A DNA stretch of 25,459 nucleotides, taken from the NCBI GenBank assembly GCA_038321985.1, contig JBBQFN010000053.1, positions 1 to 25,459 on the forward strand, written 5' to 3'. The notes under the pieces were generated by a model, which saw nothing but the letters and a program-made list of their open reading frames with translations, had not been told where the DNA came from and did no database searches. Positions 17,381-25,459 of the stretch are shown one piece after another. The position numbers and the translations under genes were made by a program. How positions within the stretch are numbered: the first letter of the stretch is position 1; each line of letters begins with the position of its first letter. The stretch comes from Cyanophyceae cyanobacterium. GTDB lineage: Bacteria; Cyanobacteriota; Cyanobacteriia; Cyanobacteriales; Laspinemataceae.

Positions 17381-17626
17381 ATGGCCCCGACAACCTATTC
17401 ACAATTTATTCGCTTTCTCCACGAAGAACTCGCCCTTTCCACGGCTTCAATTGCTTTTTCCGAGCGGATTTGCGGGTCTTTTGGCCTACACAGTCACGAA
17501 CTCGACTATAGCACCTTACCGATGGTTTTGTGGCAGTATGGATTTATCAGCATCGACCAATTAGACCGCATTTTTGATTGGCAAGAAACGACCCCAACCA
17601 CTACCTTAGCCGGTAGTCTACAATAA
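17381..17626 (+). CDS. DUF2949-like small cyanobacterial protein
   Basis: FIRFLHEELAL...I and LPMVLWQYGFISIDQLDRIFDW signature; RBS GGAGGT upstream of ATG 17381. Confidence 0.85.
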   Translation: MAPTTYSQFIRFLHEELALSTASIAFSERICGSFGLHSHELDYSTLPMVLWQYGFISIDQLDRIFDWQETTPTTTLAGSLQ

Positions 17627-17708
17627 ATCGTAAGGAGGATGATTCAGGGATGAATGAACCCAATTTTATGTGGTTTTACGTCTCGTTAAACAAAAAAATA
17701 AATTCCAT

Positions 17709-17740
17709 AAAAGCCGAGTTTAATAACCCTCGGCTTTTTA
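17709..17740 (+). terminator. Rho-independent terminator
   Basis: AAAAGCCGAG-N10-CTCGGCTTTTT after the DUF2949-like gene. Confidence 0.7.
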
Positions 17741-17949
17741 ATTAAGAAAAAAGCAATATCTTGAAAAAGAGGGGCTTTTTCTAACCTGGAAGGTCGTATA
17801 AATTAGTCAAACCTAGGGAAAGTGGCCTATACCTAAAGGAATAAAAAAGGCGATCGCCTCCCAAATTTCACCAGTTTTTCAAAAATCACTTCTAACATGG
17901 GGATTAAAGGGTACAAAATACACAGATCCAAATCCCTAAGAAGTTAACC

Positions 17950-18501
17950 ATGAACCAAAAACTTATAACATTATCCGATTCCGTAGAGACAGCCGTCAAA
18001 GAAGCCGCGGCTGAACACGCTGGAATTTCCCCAACCCAACTCCAGATCGTCGAAGCGGAAAAACGAACTTGGCCGAATGGATGCCTCGGTATAGCCGAAC
18101 CCGATGAATTATGTAGCCTCGCCAAAGTAGAAGGGTGGCGAGTCGTCATAGAAAATCAAGAAGATGGACAAAAGTGGGTATATCGAACCTCCTTAGAGGC
18201 AGAAGAAATTCGCTTAGAAAATCAATATATTTATAGCGGGAATCTGCCCCCCGAGGTAGTAGAGGCCCTGATGGAGGATGCAGCAGGGCGATCAAACCTC
18301 CCCAAAACCCAACTCCAGATCCAGGAAGAGGAACAAAAAACCTGGCCCAATAATTGCCTAGGACTTCCCCAACCCCACGAAGGTTCGGTGGAAATGCTAG
18401 TAGAAGGGTGGCGAGTGGTAGTAGCTCACGAGGACCAAACCTGGGTGTATCGCACATCCTTAGATGCTGGTGAGATTCGGCTAGAACCCTCCAATTCTTA
18501 G
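17950..18501 (+). CDS. Hypothetical protein with two tandem ~85-aa repeats
   Basis: Duplicated motif TQLQI..E..TWPN.CLG...P.E.....VEGWRVV......WVYRTSL.A.EIRLE. Confidence 0.85.
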   Translation: MNQKLITLSDSVETAVKEAAAEHAGISPTQLQIVEAEKRTWPNGCLGIAEPDELCSLAKVEGWRVVIENQEDGQKWVYRTSLEAEEIRLENQYIYSGNLPPEVVEALMEDAAGRSNLPKTQLQIQEEEQKTWPNNCLGLPQPHEGSVEMLVEGWRVVVAHEDQTWVYRTSLDAGEIRLEPSNS

Positions 18502-18612
18502 AAACCCAGGAACCGGGTTTCTGCACCAGATTTTGTATCTTAGATTAGGATCTTGTACCTTATAACTGGATTTGGTATTAAAGAGGAAGGACACGGCTAT
18601 GCCGTGTCCCTA
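18500..18612. repeat. Cluster of short palindromic repeats between convergent genes
   Basis: AGAAACCC-N6-GGGTTTCT-type palindrome (about 18500-18521), MITE-like end CTGGATTTGGTAT, and hairpin GGACACGGC-TAT-GCCGTGTCC (about 18589-18609). Confidence 0.55.
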
Positions 18613-18619
18613 AGTATTT

Positions 18620-18904
18620 TTAATGGTTATATCGTGTGTTAAACCCCATGATTCCTTGGGGTTGTTGATAGGTGACGGTAACATCGGTTACTTGGGCGGA
18701 TGAGGGTCCTTGATGACACCAGGCAATCATGGAATCAAGGGTTTCTGAGTTGCCTTCAAAGATGGCTTCGACTCGACCATCGGATAAGTTGCTGACCCAA
18801 CCGCACAATCCCAACTTTTGGGCTTGTTCAACGGTACTAAATCGATAACCTACCCCCTGAACTCTACCGGAAATTAAGACGTGAGCAGATTTTGTTTTAG
18901 CCAT
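18620..18904 (-). CDS. acyP: Acylphosphatase
   Basis: ISGRVQGVGYRF and GWVSNLSDGRVEA signatures; WCHQGPSSA. Confidence 0.95.
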   Translation of the reverse strand: MAKTKSAHVLISGRVQGVGYRFSTVEQAQKLGLCGWVSNLSDGRVEAIFEGNSETLDSMIAWCHQGPSSAQVTDVTVTYQQPQGIMGFNTRYNH

Positions 18905-18910
18905 CGTCTT

Positions 18911-19648
18911 TTATTCCTCTACGGGCAAATCAAATAAAACTTGGGTCATATAATATTCAGCCCATTCGTTGCCAAAGGCATTTTCTAAAACTCGGCGCGT
19001 TTTGTCATTTTTGCGCTGGTGATCGCAATAATTACGTTGTCCAGCCAGGATTTCACTGTGGAGTTCGGGGGTGGCTGGAGTATTTTTGGCCTGCTGACAG
19101 TGAAGTTGAACATAGCTTTTGACGCGATCGAGAAATAAGGTTTCTTCGGCTGGATTATCGGGTCGCACAAAGAGGCAAAATTCAGAGAAGATATGACCCC
19201 AGGGCGGCAAGTCTCGGGGGTGGGTGAATGCGATCGCCGGTAAGGAGGAAAGTTGCTGCTGATAAGCGTCGGGGAGAACTTTTTGGCGCAGGGGTGACAA
19301 GTCGGCGATCGCCGCCCCAATTTTCCCTTTTGCCCCCACTAAATCGGTGCCAAACATGGGCAAATCATAATTGGGGTTGGGAAACATCACACAGTGCAAA
19401 ATATCGAGGGTAGTGCCGACTTTTGCTAGTTCCAAATGAATTTTCCGAAATTCTGGGCTCTGATAACAGCGATTTTCAATTCTGAGTTTTTCCCCTTCTA
19501 ATCGTCCCTCTACATATCCGAGTTCGGCAGGGAGGGGATAAAGGGAAAGTTCTAACTGTTCTTGCCAGACTCCCTCTATGCAATCGGCGAGTTGTTGAAT
19601 GAGGCTATGTTGTTCGGTACGCAGGGATGGATTAGAAGTTGATGTCAC
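18911..19648 (-). CDS. pcyA: Phycocyanobilin:ferredoxin oxidoreductase
   Basis: LGYVEGRLEGEKL.IENRCYQ, FRKIHLELA, LDILHCVMFP, DLPMFGTDLVG, LPPWGHIFSEFCLFVRP, NDKTRRVLE.AFG. Confidence 0.97.
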   Translation of the reverse strand: MTSTSNPSLRTEQHSLIQQLADCIEGVWQEQLELSLYPLPAELGYVEGRLEGEKLRIENRCYQSPEFRKIHLELAKVGTTLDILHCVMFPNPNYDLPMFGTDLVGAKGKIGAAIADLSPLRQKVLPDAYQQQLSSLPAIAFTHPRDLPPWGHIFSEFCLFVRPDNPAEETLFLDRVKSYVQLHCQQAKNTPATPELHSEILAGQRNYCDHQRKNDKTRRVLENAFGNEWAEYYMTQVLFDLPVEE

Positions 19649-19755
19649 GGGTTTTTCCTATATTAGGGTGGATCAATAATGCGCGGGGGCGCAGTTTTTA
19701 TTTTATCCTATTTAGGGAGTTGGGAAGTTGGGGTGTTTTTACAGGGAACTTGGAG

Positions 19756-19780
19756 AACGACTGAAGTCGTTACTACGAAC
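19756..19780. repeat. REP-like palindrome
   Basis: AACGACT-GA-AGTCGTT followed by ACTACGAAC. Confidence 0.5.
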
Positions 19781-19905
19781 TTGGGGCAGAGAACGACCAT
19801 TGGCTATGGTGTGGGCTGTCGGGTGTTGGGTTTCGCTTCACCCAAAATACAAATATTTTAAACTGTTAAAACCCCGACTTAACCCTCAATCGATTGGTTC
19901 TTAAA

Positions 19906-20798
19906 CTAATCAGCAAATTGATTAATTTGGTCGATGAATTCGAGGACATAATTTCGATATTCAATTTCGTTTGTATAGGAACAAGGCATATTTTTGAAAT
20001 ACTCAGCTATTCCTGTCAGAATTTTAGATATGACCTCTAGATAGAGGCTTTTCAATTCAACTAAACCATCCATCAAGAGTTGATTACTTTGTCGATAAGG
20101 AGCTAAACCAATCAGATAGCTCATTGATTGTTGCCAAACATCTTGGGTTTGTTGTTGCTGCTTTTTGCTTTTATTCTTTAACTTCTCAATACCCCGTTTC
20201 ACATCCTTGATATAATCAATTATGTATTCATCGTTATCGTTATAGGAGAAAGATAACTCTCGGTCACCCAAATCACGCAAATTACGATAAAATTCGGCAT
20301 TTTCCTCATTTTGGGCTAATTTTCCATACATAAAAGTCTTGCTTTGTTGCCACAAATCGAGCAACTCAATAAACCACTCATCATGGGTTTTCGGTAGCCG
20401 TTCGAGTCCCTCTGATAAATCCCAGCTTGACTGAAAATCATCTTCATACTCTAGACACATATCCAAGACGATGCCATTAAAAGTTTCAAAATCACATTCA
20501 CTTTCTTCCCAACCATCGGCTTCTAACTGTTCGTACAGGCAGGAATAATGTCATGACTCATCGCGCCTTGCATGAGTAAATCACGGAAGTCTGTCCAAGC
20601 GGACTCGGATAATATTTCACATTCTTCGCCAGTTTCTTCATCGATGCCGTAATAGTGGATTTCATCATTGTCATCAATCCTCAAAAGTGCCACAGTGTCT
20701 GTCGGATCGTAATCTTCTTTTGAAGTGATGAAATGCGGAAGTCCATAACTTACTTTGACAAACCGACTGCCTGGTATTTTTTGAATTTTTGCAGCCAT
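19906..20798 (-). pseudogene. Acidic hypothetical protein (~297 aa) split by a 1-bp frameshift near 20538
   Basis: The frame of ORF 19906-20466 stays open upstream of its annotated start (..LYEQLEADGWEESECDFETFNGIVLDM) and overlaps the end of ORF 20523-20798. Adding one C at GCCTG (to GCCCTG) fuses them as ...SHDIIPALYEQLEADGW... Confidence 0.7.
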
Positions 20799-20840
20799 AA
20801 TCTTTTCAACTGTCCCCCAAATTTAACCTTTGAAACTGAG

Positions 20841-21440
20841 TTATTTAGATAACGACTTGAGGTTATCTTTATAAATACACAAAAAGTTTTCTGCGTGAGT
20901 TGCTCCGAGTTTTTGAATTTCTGGAGGAAAATCACTTAAAAAAGTAGTTTTTCCGGTAATGTTAAAAAGGGCGGCACCTTCAGCCGTCCCCGCATGAAGA
21001 TACACTAAAGCTGGTGCTAAATTTAGCCACATTCCCAAGCGTTGAGCCACATCGTAAGCTGTCGTTTCTCCTAATCCTTTAACGCGAGCAGTCACTGACT
21101 CTATCCACTGATGAAGTTCTTCAAAGGTTTTAAACTGCTGTGCTTGCTGACAATCTTGGCGAGATACGTTCAATCCTTCTGCTAATTTAGAGGAGACTCG
21201 GCGCTGATGGGGGTGCATTTTCCCATCGACAAATCTAGAAAGCCAAGCTCTTTCCAAGGCTGCATCCCAAGTCAGCGTGCGATCGCCCCACCATTGGGTT
21301 TGAGCTTGATAACAAGTTCCAAAACGACCGAGATAATCATTCACCCAATAAGCAAGAGTTGGTTGATTTTGACGGGTCGTATTGCTATCACGAGAATGAC
21401 CGCATAATTTGCCAGATGTTTGCTTGCAATTGCCACTCAT
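20841..21440 (-). CDS. Hypothetical protein, probable HhH DNA glycosylase-like fold
   Basis: Motifs HPHQRR, VKGLGETTAYD.A.RLG (HhH-like GLG hairpin), VYLHAGT..GA and ENFLCIYK. Confidence 0.55.
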   Translation of the reverse strand: MSGNCKQTSGKLCGHSRDSNTTRQNQPTLAYWVNDYLGRFGTCYQAQTQWWGDRTLTWDAALERAWLSRFVDGKMHPHQRRVSSKLAEGLNVSRQDCQQAQQFKTFEELHQWIESVTARVKGLGETTAYDVAQRLGMWLNLAPALVYLHAGTAEGAALFNITGKTTFLSDFPPEIQKLGATHAENFLCIYKDNLKSLSK

Positions 21441-21548
21441 AGCTTTCTAAAATTTTAAGACATTAACTGACTTTAAATAGCTCTTGCTTATTTATAGCAC
21501 CATTTGATTGTTATTTGGAATCTAGCTTGAATTGGGTTTGTTTTGAAT

Positions 21549-21593
21549 AAAAAAAAGACTTGAAAATGGAGAGTTATCCTTTTCAAGTCTTTT
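21549..21593 (-). terminator. Rho-independent terminator of cphA
   Basis: 14-bp arms AAAAGACTTGAAAA / TTTTCAAGTCTTTT with a T-run on the minus strand, 20 bp after the cphA stop. Confidence 0.8.
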
Positions 21594-21612
21594 GTAAAGG
21601 TTAAGGTGTGAA

Positions 21613-24306
21613 TTAAGTGGAAGATTCGCTATATTCAACCGATTCGGATTCTACCGGCTTAGAACCGTTGAGGGGAATGCGGGGGTCTTGTAGGGGTTTG
21701 CGCTTCTCGATCAGGTGAATGGCACGGGTGACACTTTCGGGGAGAATCACGACTAAACTACCCGAAACAGCTTCATTGAGGGCGGTTTCGATCGCCTCAG
21801 TTTCATTTAAGATAGTTTGATAAGCAGCCGCACCATTGCCTTGGGCGAGACCTTCACTGATGAAATGGGCCGCATTTCCCCGGGGACGACCACGGGTATC
21901 ATTATCTTCTTTGACAATAATTCGGTTAAAGATGTCTGAGGAAAGTTTGCCGAGGTTAACCAAATCCTCATCCCGGCGATCGCCCGGACCCCCAATCACG
22001 CCAATGGTTTCTCCAGGCCAATTTCGCACGAACCCGCCCAGGGCTTCATAACTGGCGGCATTATGGGCGTAATCCACCAAAGCGTGATAGGTCCCCATAT
22101 TAAACAGATTCATCCGTCCAGGGGTTTGGGCAACTGATGCCTCAAAGGTAGCTAATCCAGTGCGAATTTGCTCAATGGGAACCCCATTGCTATAGGCAGC
22201 CAAGGCAGCAGCCAGGGCATTGGCAATCATAAAGGGGGCTAATCCTGCCATGGTGAGTGGCACGTTAACGGCTTGGTCAATCCGTAGGGTCCAATCTCCT
22301 TTGAGAATCGAGAGATAGCCATTTTCATAGACTGCGGCGAGTCCCCCATTGCGAACATGATTTCGGAGGACTTCGTTTTCGGGGTTCATTGAGAAATAGG
22401 CGATTTGAGCTTTCACCCGTTTTGCCATGCTGACCACTAGGGGGTCTTCAGCATTCAGGATGGCGTAACCTTTGCTATGAACCGCTTCGGCCACAACGCT
22501 CTTGAGGGTCGCCATTTGCTCGATAGTATCTATATCGCCGATGCCTAGATGATCGGCAGAGACGTTTAAAACCACTCCGACATCGCAGCGATCGAACGCC
22601 AAACCTGAGCGTAAAATCCCACCTCGGGCAGTTTCTAATACAGCAATCTCAACGGTGGGGTCTTTTAAAATCAGTTCGGCACTTTGGGGGCCGGTATTAT
22701 CCCCTTTTTCCACAATAAAATCACCGATATAGGTCCCATCAGTGGTGGTATAACCAATGGTTTTGCCGGTGTGTTTGTAGATATGAGCTAATAAACGGGT
22801 TGTGGTGGTTTTGCCATTGGTGCCAGTAACGGCAAGGATGGGGATACGCGACGGGGTGCCTGGGGGAAATAGCATTTCCATCACCGGGGCTGCAACGTTG
22901 CGGGGCAGACCCTCGCTGGGGCAGACGTGCATCCGGAAACCTGGTGCCGCATTGACTTCAACGATGACGCCATCATTTTCGCGCAGGGGTTGGGAAATAT
23001 CTGAGGTGACGACATCGATGCCACAAATATCTAAACCAATCAGTTTCGCAATTCTTTCGGCCATCCAGAGATTTTCTGGGTGAATTTCATCGGTGCGATC
23101 GATGGCAATACCCCCGGTGCTGAGGTTGGCGGTATAGCGCAGATAGCAGACTTCTCCCTCTTTGAGTACGGTATCGAGGTTATATCCTTTGCGCTCCAAG
23201 ATTTGCATACTCATGCGGTCTACTTGGATGCGAGTCAGGACGTTATCATGACCGTCGCCTCGGTTGGGGTCGCGATTAGTTTCTTCGATGAGTTCTTGGA
23301 TGGTGGACTTGCCATTCCCGATCGCATGAGCGGGAACCCGTTCGGCAACGGCAATCAGTTTACCATTCACCACGAGAACCCGGTGGTCCCGACCTTTGTA
23401 ATAGCGTTCGACAATGACCGATCGCGTTTTGGAGGCGGTGGTGGCCGCGTCGTAGGCTTCTTCCGCTTCTTCCCAGGTGTGGATATCGATGGTAATGCCC
23501 CGTCCGTGATTGCCATCTAGGGGTTTAATCACGATAGGATAGCCACCCACCTGGTCGATCGCCTCTTGGAGTTCATCCAGATAGTGAATCAAGGTGCCTC
23601 GGGGAACCGGCACTCCGGCATCCCGCAGAGTTTTTTTGGTACCTTCTTTATCACAGGCGAGTTCCACGCCTAAAATACTGCTGCGATCGGTCAGGGTCGC
23701 CTGGACTCGTTTTTGATAAATCCCTGATCCTAGCTGGATCATAGCTCTAGCGCTAGCGTGAAACCAGGGAATATCTCTAGCTTCAGCTTCTTTAATTAGG
23801 GTTTCGGTACTGGGACCCAAGGAGGCTTTAGCCGCTAAGTCTTTCAAGTCCTGGAGGTCCTGTTGGAGCTCCGAAACTGGATAGCGACCCGTATCCACAA
23901 TACTTCGACACAGGCGAACCGCTGCTCTAGCAGCATAGCGACCCGCTTGTTCATCAATATATTCAAACGCCACTTGGTAGGTGCCGGGACTGGAGGTTTC
24001 GCGGGTGCGACCAAAACCGACTATCATCCCCGCAAGTTCCTGGAGTTCTAAGGCAACGTGCTCAACCACATGACCCATGTAGGTCCCCTCCTGGACGCGG
24101 CTGAGGAATCCTCCTCTACAGCCTGGGGAGCAATAGTGGTCTACCAAACTCGGTAGCGCCTCAACAAGACCTTGATAAAAGCCGGGGATCAAACTGGTAG
24201 GCTTAGGTGCTAAGTCCTCTAGGTCGAGGCGCATGACGATGACCTTGTGGCGTCGAATGCTCCAATAGTTCGGACCCCGTAATGTCTGGATTTTAAGTAT
24301 TTTCAT
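21613..24306 (-). CDS. cphA: Cyanophycin synthetase
   Basis: MKILKIQTLRGPNYWSIRR start; EGTYMGHVVEHVALELQ; ATP-grasp KPLDGNHGRG and EVNAAPGFRMH; Mur-ligase-like VTGTNGKTTT, ETARGG and DYAHN. Confidence 0.99.
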   Translation of the reverse strand: MKILKIQTLRGPNYWSIRRHKVIVMRLDLEDLAPKPTSLIPGFYQGLVEALPSLVDHYCSPGCRGGFLSRVQEGTYMGHVVEHVALELQELAGMIVGFGRTRETSSPGTYQVAFEYIDEQAGRYAARAAVRLCRSIVDTGRYPVSELQQDLQDLKDLAAKASLGPSTETLIKEAEARDIPWFHASARAMIQLGSGIYQKRVQATLTDRSSILGVELACDKEGTKKTLRDAGVPVPRGTLIHYLDELQEAIDQVGGYPIVIKPLDGNHGRGITIDIHTWEEAEEAYDAATTASKTRSVIVERYYKGRDHRVLVVNGKLIAVAERVPAHAIGNGKSTIQELIEETNRDPNRGDGHDNVLTRIQVDRMSMQILERKGYNLDTVLKEGEVCYLRYTANLSTGGIAIDRTDEIHPENLWMAERIAKLIGLDICGIDVVTSDISQPLRENDGVIVEVNAAPGFRMHVCPSEGLPRNVAAPVMEMLFPPGTPSRIPILAVTGTNGKTTTTRLLAHIYKHTGKTIGYTTTDGTYIGDFIVEKGDNTGPQSAELILKDPTVEIAVLETARGGILRSGLAFDRCDVGVVLNVSADHLGIGDIDTIEQMATLKSVVAEAVHSKGYAILNAEDPLVVSMAKRVKAQIAYFSMNPENEVLRNHVRNGGLAAVYENGYLSILKGDWTLRIDQAVNVPLTMAGLAPFMIANALAAALAAYSNGVPIEQIRTGLATFEASVAQTPGRMNLFNMGTYHALVDYAHNAASYEALGGFVRNWPGETIGVIGGPGDRRDEDLVNLGKLSSDIFNRIIVKEDNDTRGRPRGNAAHFISEGLAQGNGAAAYQTILNETEAIETALNEAVSGSLVVILPESVTRAIHLIEKRKPLQDPRIPLNGSKPVESESVEYSESST

Positions 24307-24588
24307 AAGCTGCGCGAGGATGAAGCTCTTGATTTGGAAGCAATAGAGGCACTTGTTCTAGTTTCTGGCTTTCGTCCGTTACAATATGTTCAAAATGAAC
24401 ATCTTGATCAGTCCAGTTAGTGACAAGTGCAAAGGGAGTCACGGGAGAGGGGGTTGAGCAGGTGAAGCGTGAAGTGGAATGGAGTAAGTTTTTGGCTTTG
24501 AACTTTCAGGTTTCACCGGGACTGGTCTATTCCCTTCTGTGCAGTAGTCTCATCATAAGCAGGGAGTTGGGGGTGAATGCTGCCATAA

Positions 24589-25440
24589 CTAGGGGTGGGT
24601 GGGATGACTGATGCGCTGACGTAATTCAAAGCGATCGCCATGACACAGAATATGTAAGCGCATATTGCACAAACTCAGGGGGTCGGTGGCTCCCACTAAC
24701 GATTCGTTTGTCGCGAAAGCAGAGCTGGGATCGACAATGGTCACCGTGCCTTTGCCAATCACTTCAATCACACCATCGCCTTGAAACATGGCACAGGTAT
24801 CTTCATCAATGCCGATTCCGAGACGGTCTGGATGAGTGGCCACGGCGGAGAGTAACCGTGCCATCCGATTGCGGTTATGGAAATGCTGGTCCACAATCAC
24901 ATCAGGCAGAATTCCCAATCCCGTTGCCATATCCACTAAGGAGCGATTCGGCGATTCTCCACTACCTCCCCCAGCAATCATGTGATGTCCCATCACCGCT
25001 GCACCGGCACTGGTTCCGGCTAAGACAATTTTTCCCTCGCGCACCTTCAGGCGAACCTTTTCCATCAAAGGGGTATCCGCTATTAAGGCACAGAGTCGGA
25101 GTTGATCTCCGCCGGTCATAAATACCCCGGTACATTCTTCTAGGTACTCCTGCCACTTCGGGTCCTCTCCCTGGGTCCTTTCCCGGATATCTAGCAATTC
25201 TATGCTTGTGGCACCCATCTCCGTAAAGATCTTTTGATATCGCTCCCCGATCGCCGAGGGTTCTCGCGAAGCACAAGGGACGATCGCTATTTTCGCCTCG
25301 ATTCCTCCAGCACGGGTGAAAAACGTATGCAGGATCTCGCGGCCATGAACTTTGTCTTCCGCACCGCCAATCACCATTACAGTGCTTTTAAGTGTTTGGG
25401 GCATCTTCTGTTGTAGGGATTGAGTGTCTAACTGTAGCAT
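24589..25440 (-). CDS. cphB: Cyanophycinase
   Basis: IGGAEDK, FMTGGDQLRL, GTSAGA (catalytic Ser), DQHFHNRNRMARL, GIGIDEDT; directly upstream of cphA. Confidence 0.98.
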   Translation of the reverse strand: MLQLDTQSLQQKMPQTLKSTVMVIGGAEDKVHGREILHTFFTRAGGIEAKIAIVPCASREPSAIGERYQKIFTEMGATSIELLDIRERTQGEDPKWQEYLEECTGVFMTGGDQLRLCALIADTPLMEKVRLKVREGKIVLAGTSAGAAVMGHHMIAGGGSGESPNRSLVDMATGLGILPDVIVDQHFHNRNRMARLLSAVATHPDRLGIGIDEDTCAMFQGDGVIEVIGKGTVTIVDPSSAFATNESLVGATDPLSLCNMRLHILCHGDRFELRQRISHPTHP

Positions 25441-25459
25441 GGGTGGTCTTGCTATTGGC

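Larger units (their letters stand above)
3183..24638. repeat. Dispersed HIP1 octamers (GCGATCGC)
   Basis: Examples at 3183, 5524, 6391, 9731, 14582 and 15310, with many more; a hallmark of cyanobacterial genomes. Confidence 0.9.

Overview
Cyanobacterial DNA: abundant HIP1 octamers (GCGATCGC), pcyA, cphBA, and short palindromic repeats of the kind common in filamentous Oscillatoriales. The right half is mostly housekeeping: a DUF3352-like protein, guaA, a DUF2949-like protein, a two-repeat hypothetical, acylphosphatase, pcyA, cphA and cphB. An AT-rich islet between pcyA and cphA holds a probable helix-hairpin-helix (HhH) glycosylase-like gene and a frameshift-split acidic protein. The left half is one minus-strand run: tonB, a MORN-repeat protein, a pentapeptide-repeat protein, then an unusual RiPP locus. 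That locus contains a 57-codon fragment of a borosin-type alpha-N-methyltransferase, a sigma70-like promoter, two paralogous NHLP/BMA_0021-like precursors (shared SG-KQT..PY C-termini, each followed by a hairpin), a fused RRE-E1-YcaO cyclodehydratase, an atypical cytochrome P450, and a Ser/Thr kinase-STAND ATPase that appears cut off by an IS-like end at the window edge. No azoline dehydrogenase, peptidase or exporter is in the window, and several lesions suggest the cluster is decaying in this strain. All family assignments come from motif recognition; no database searches were run.
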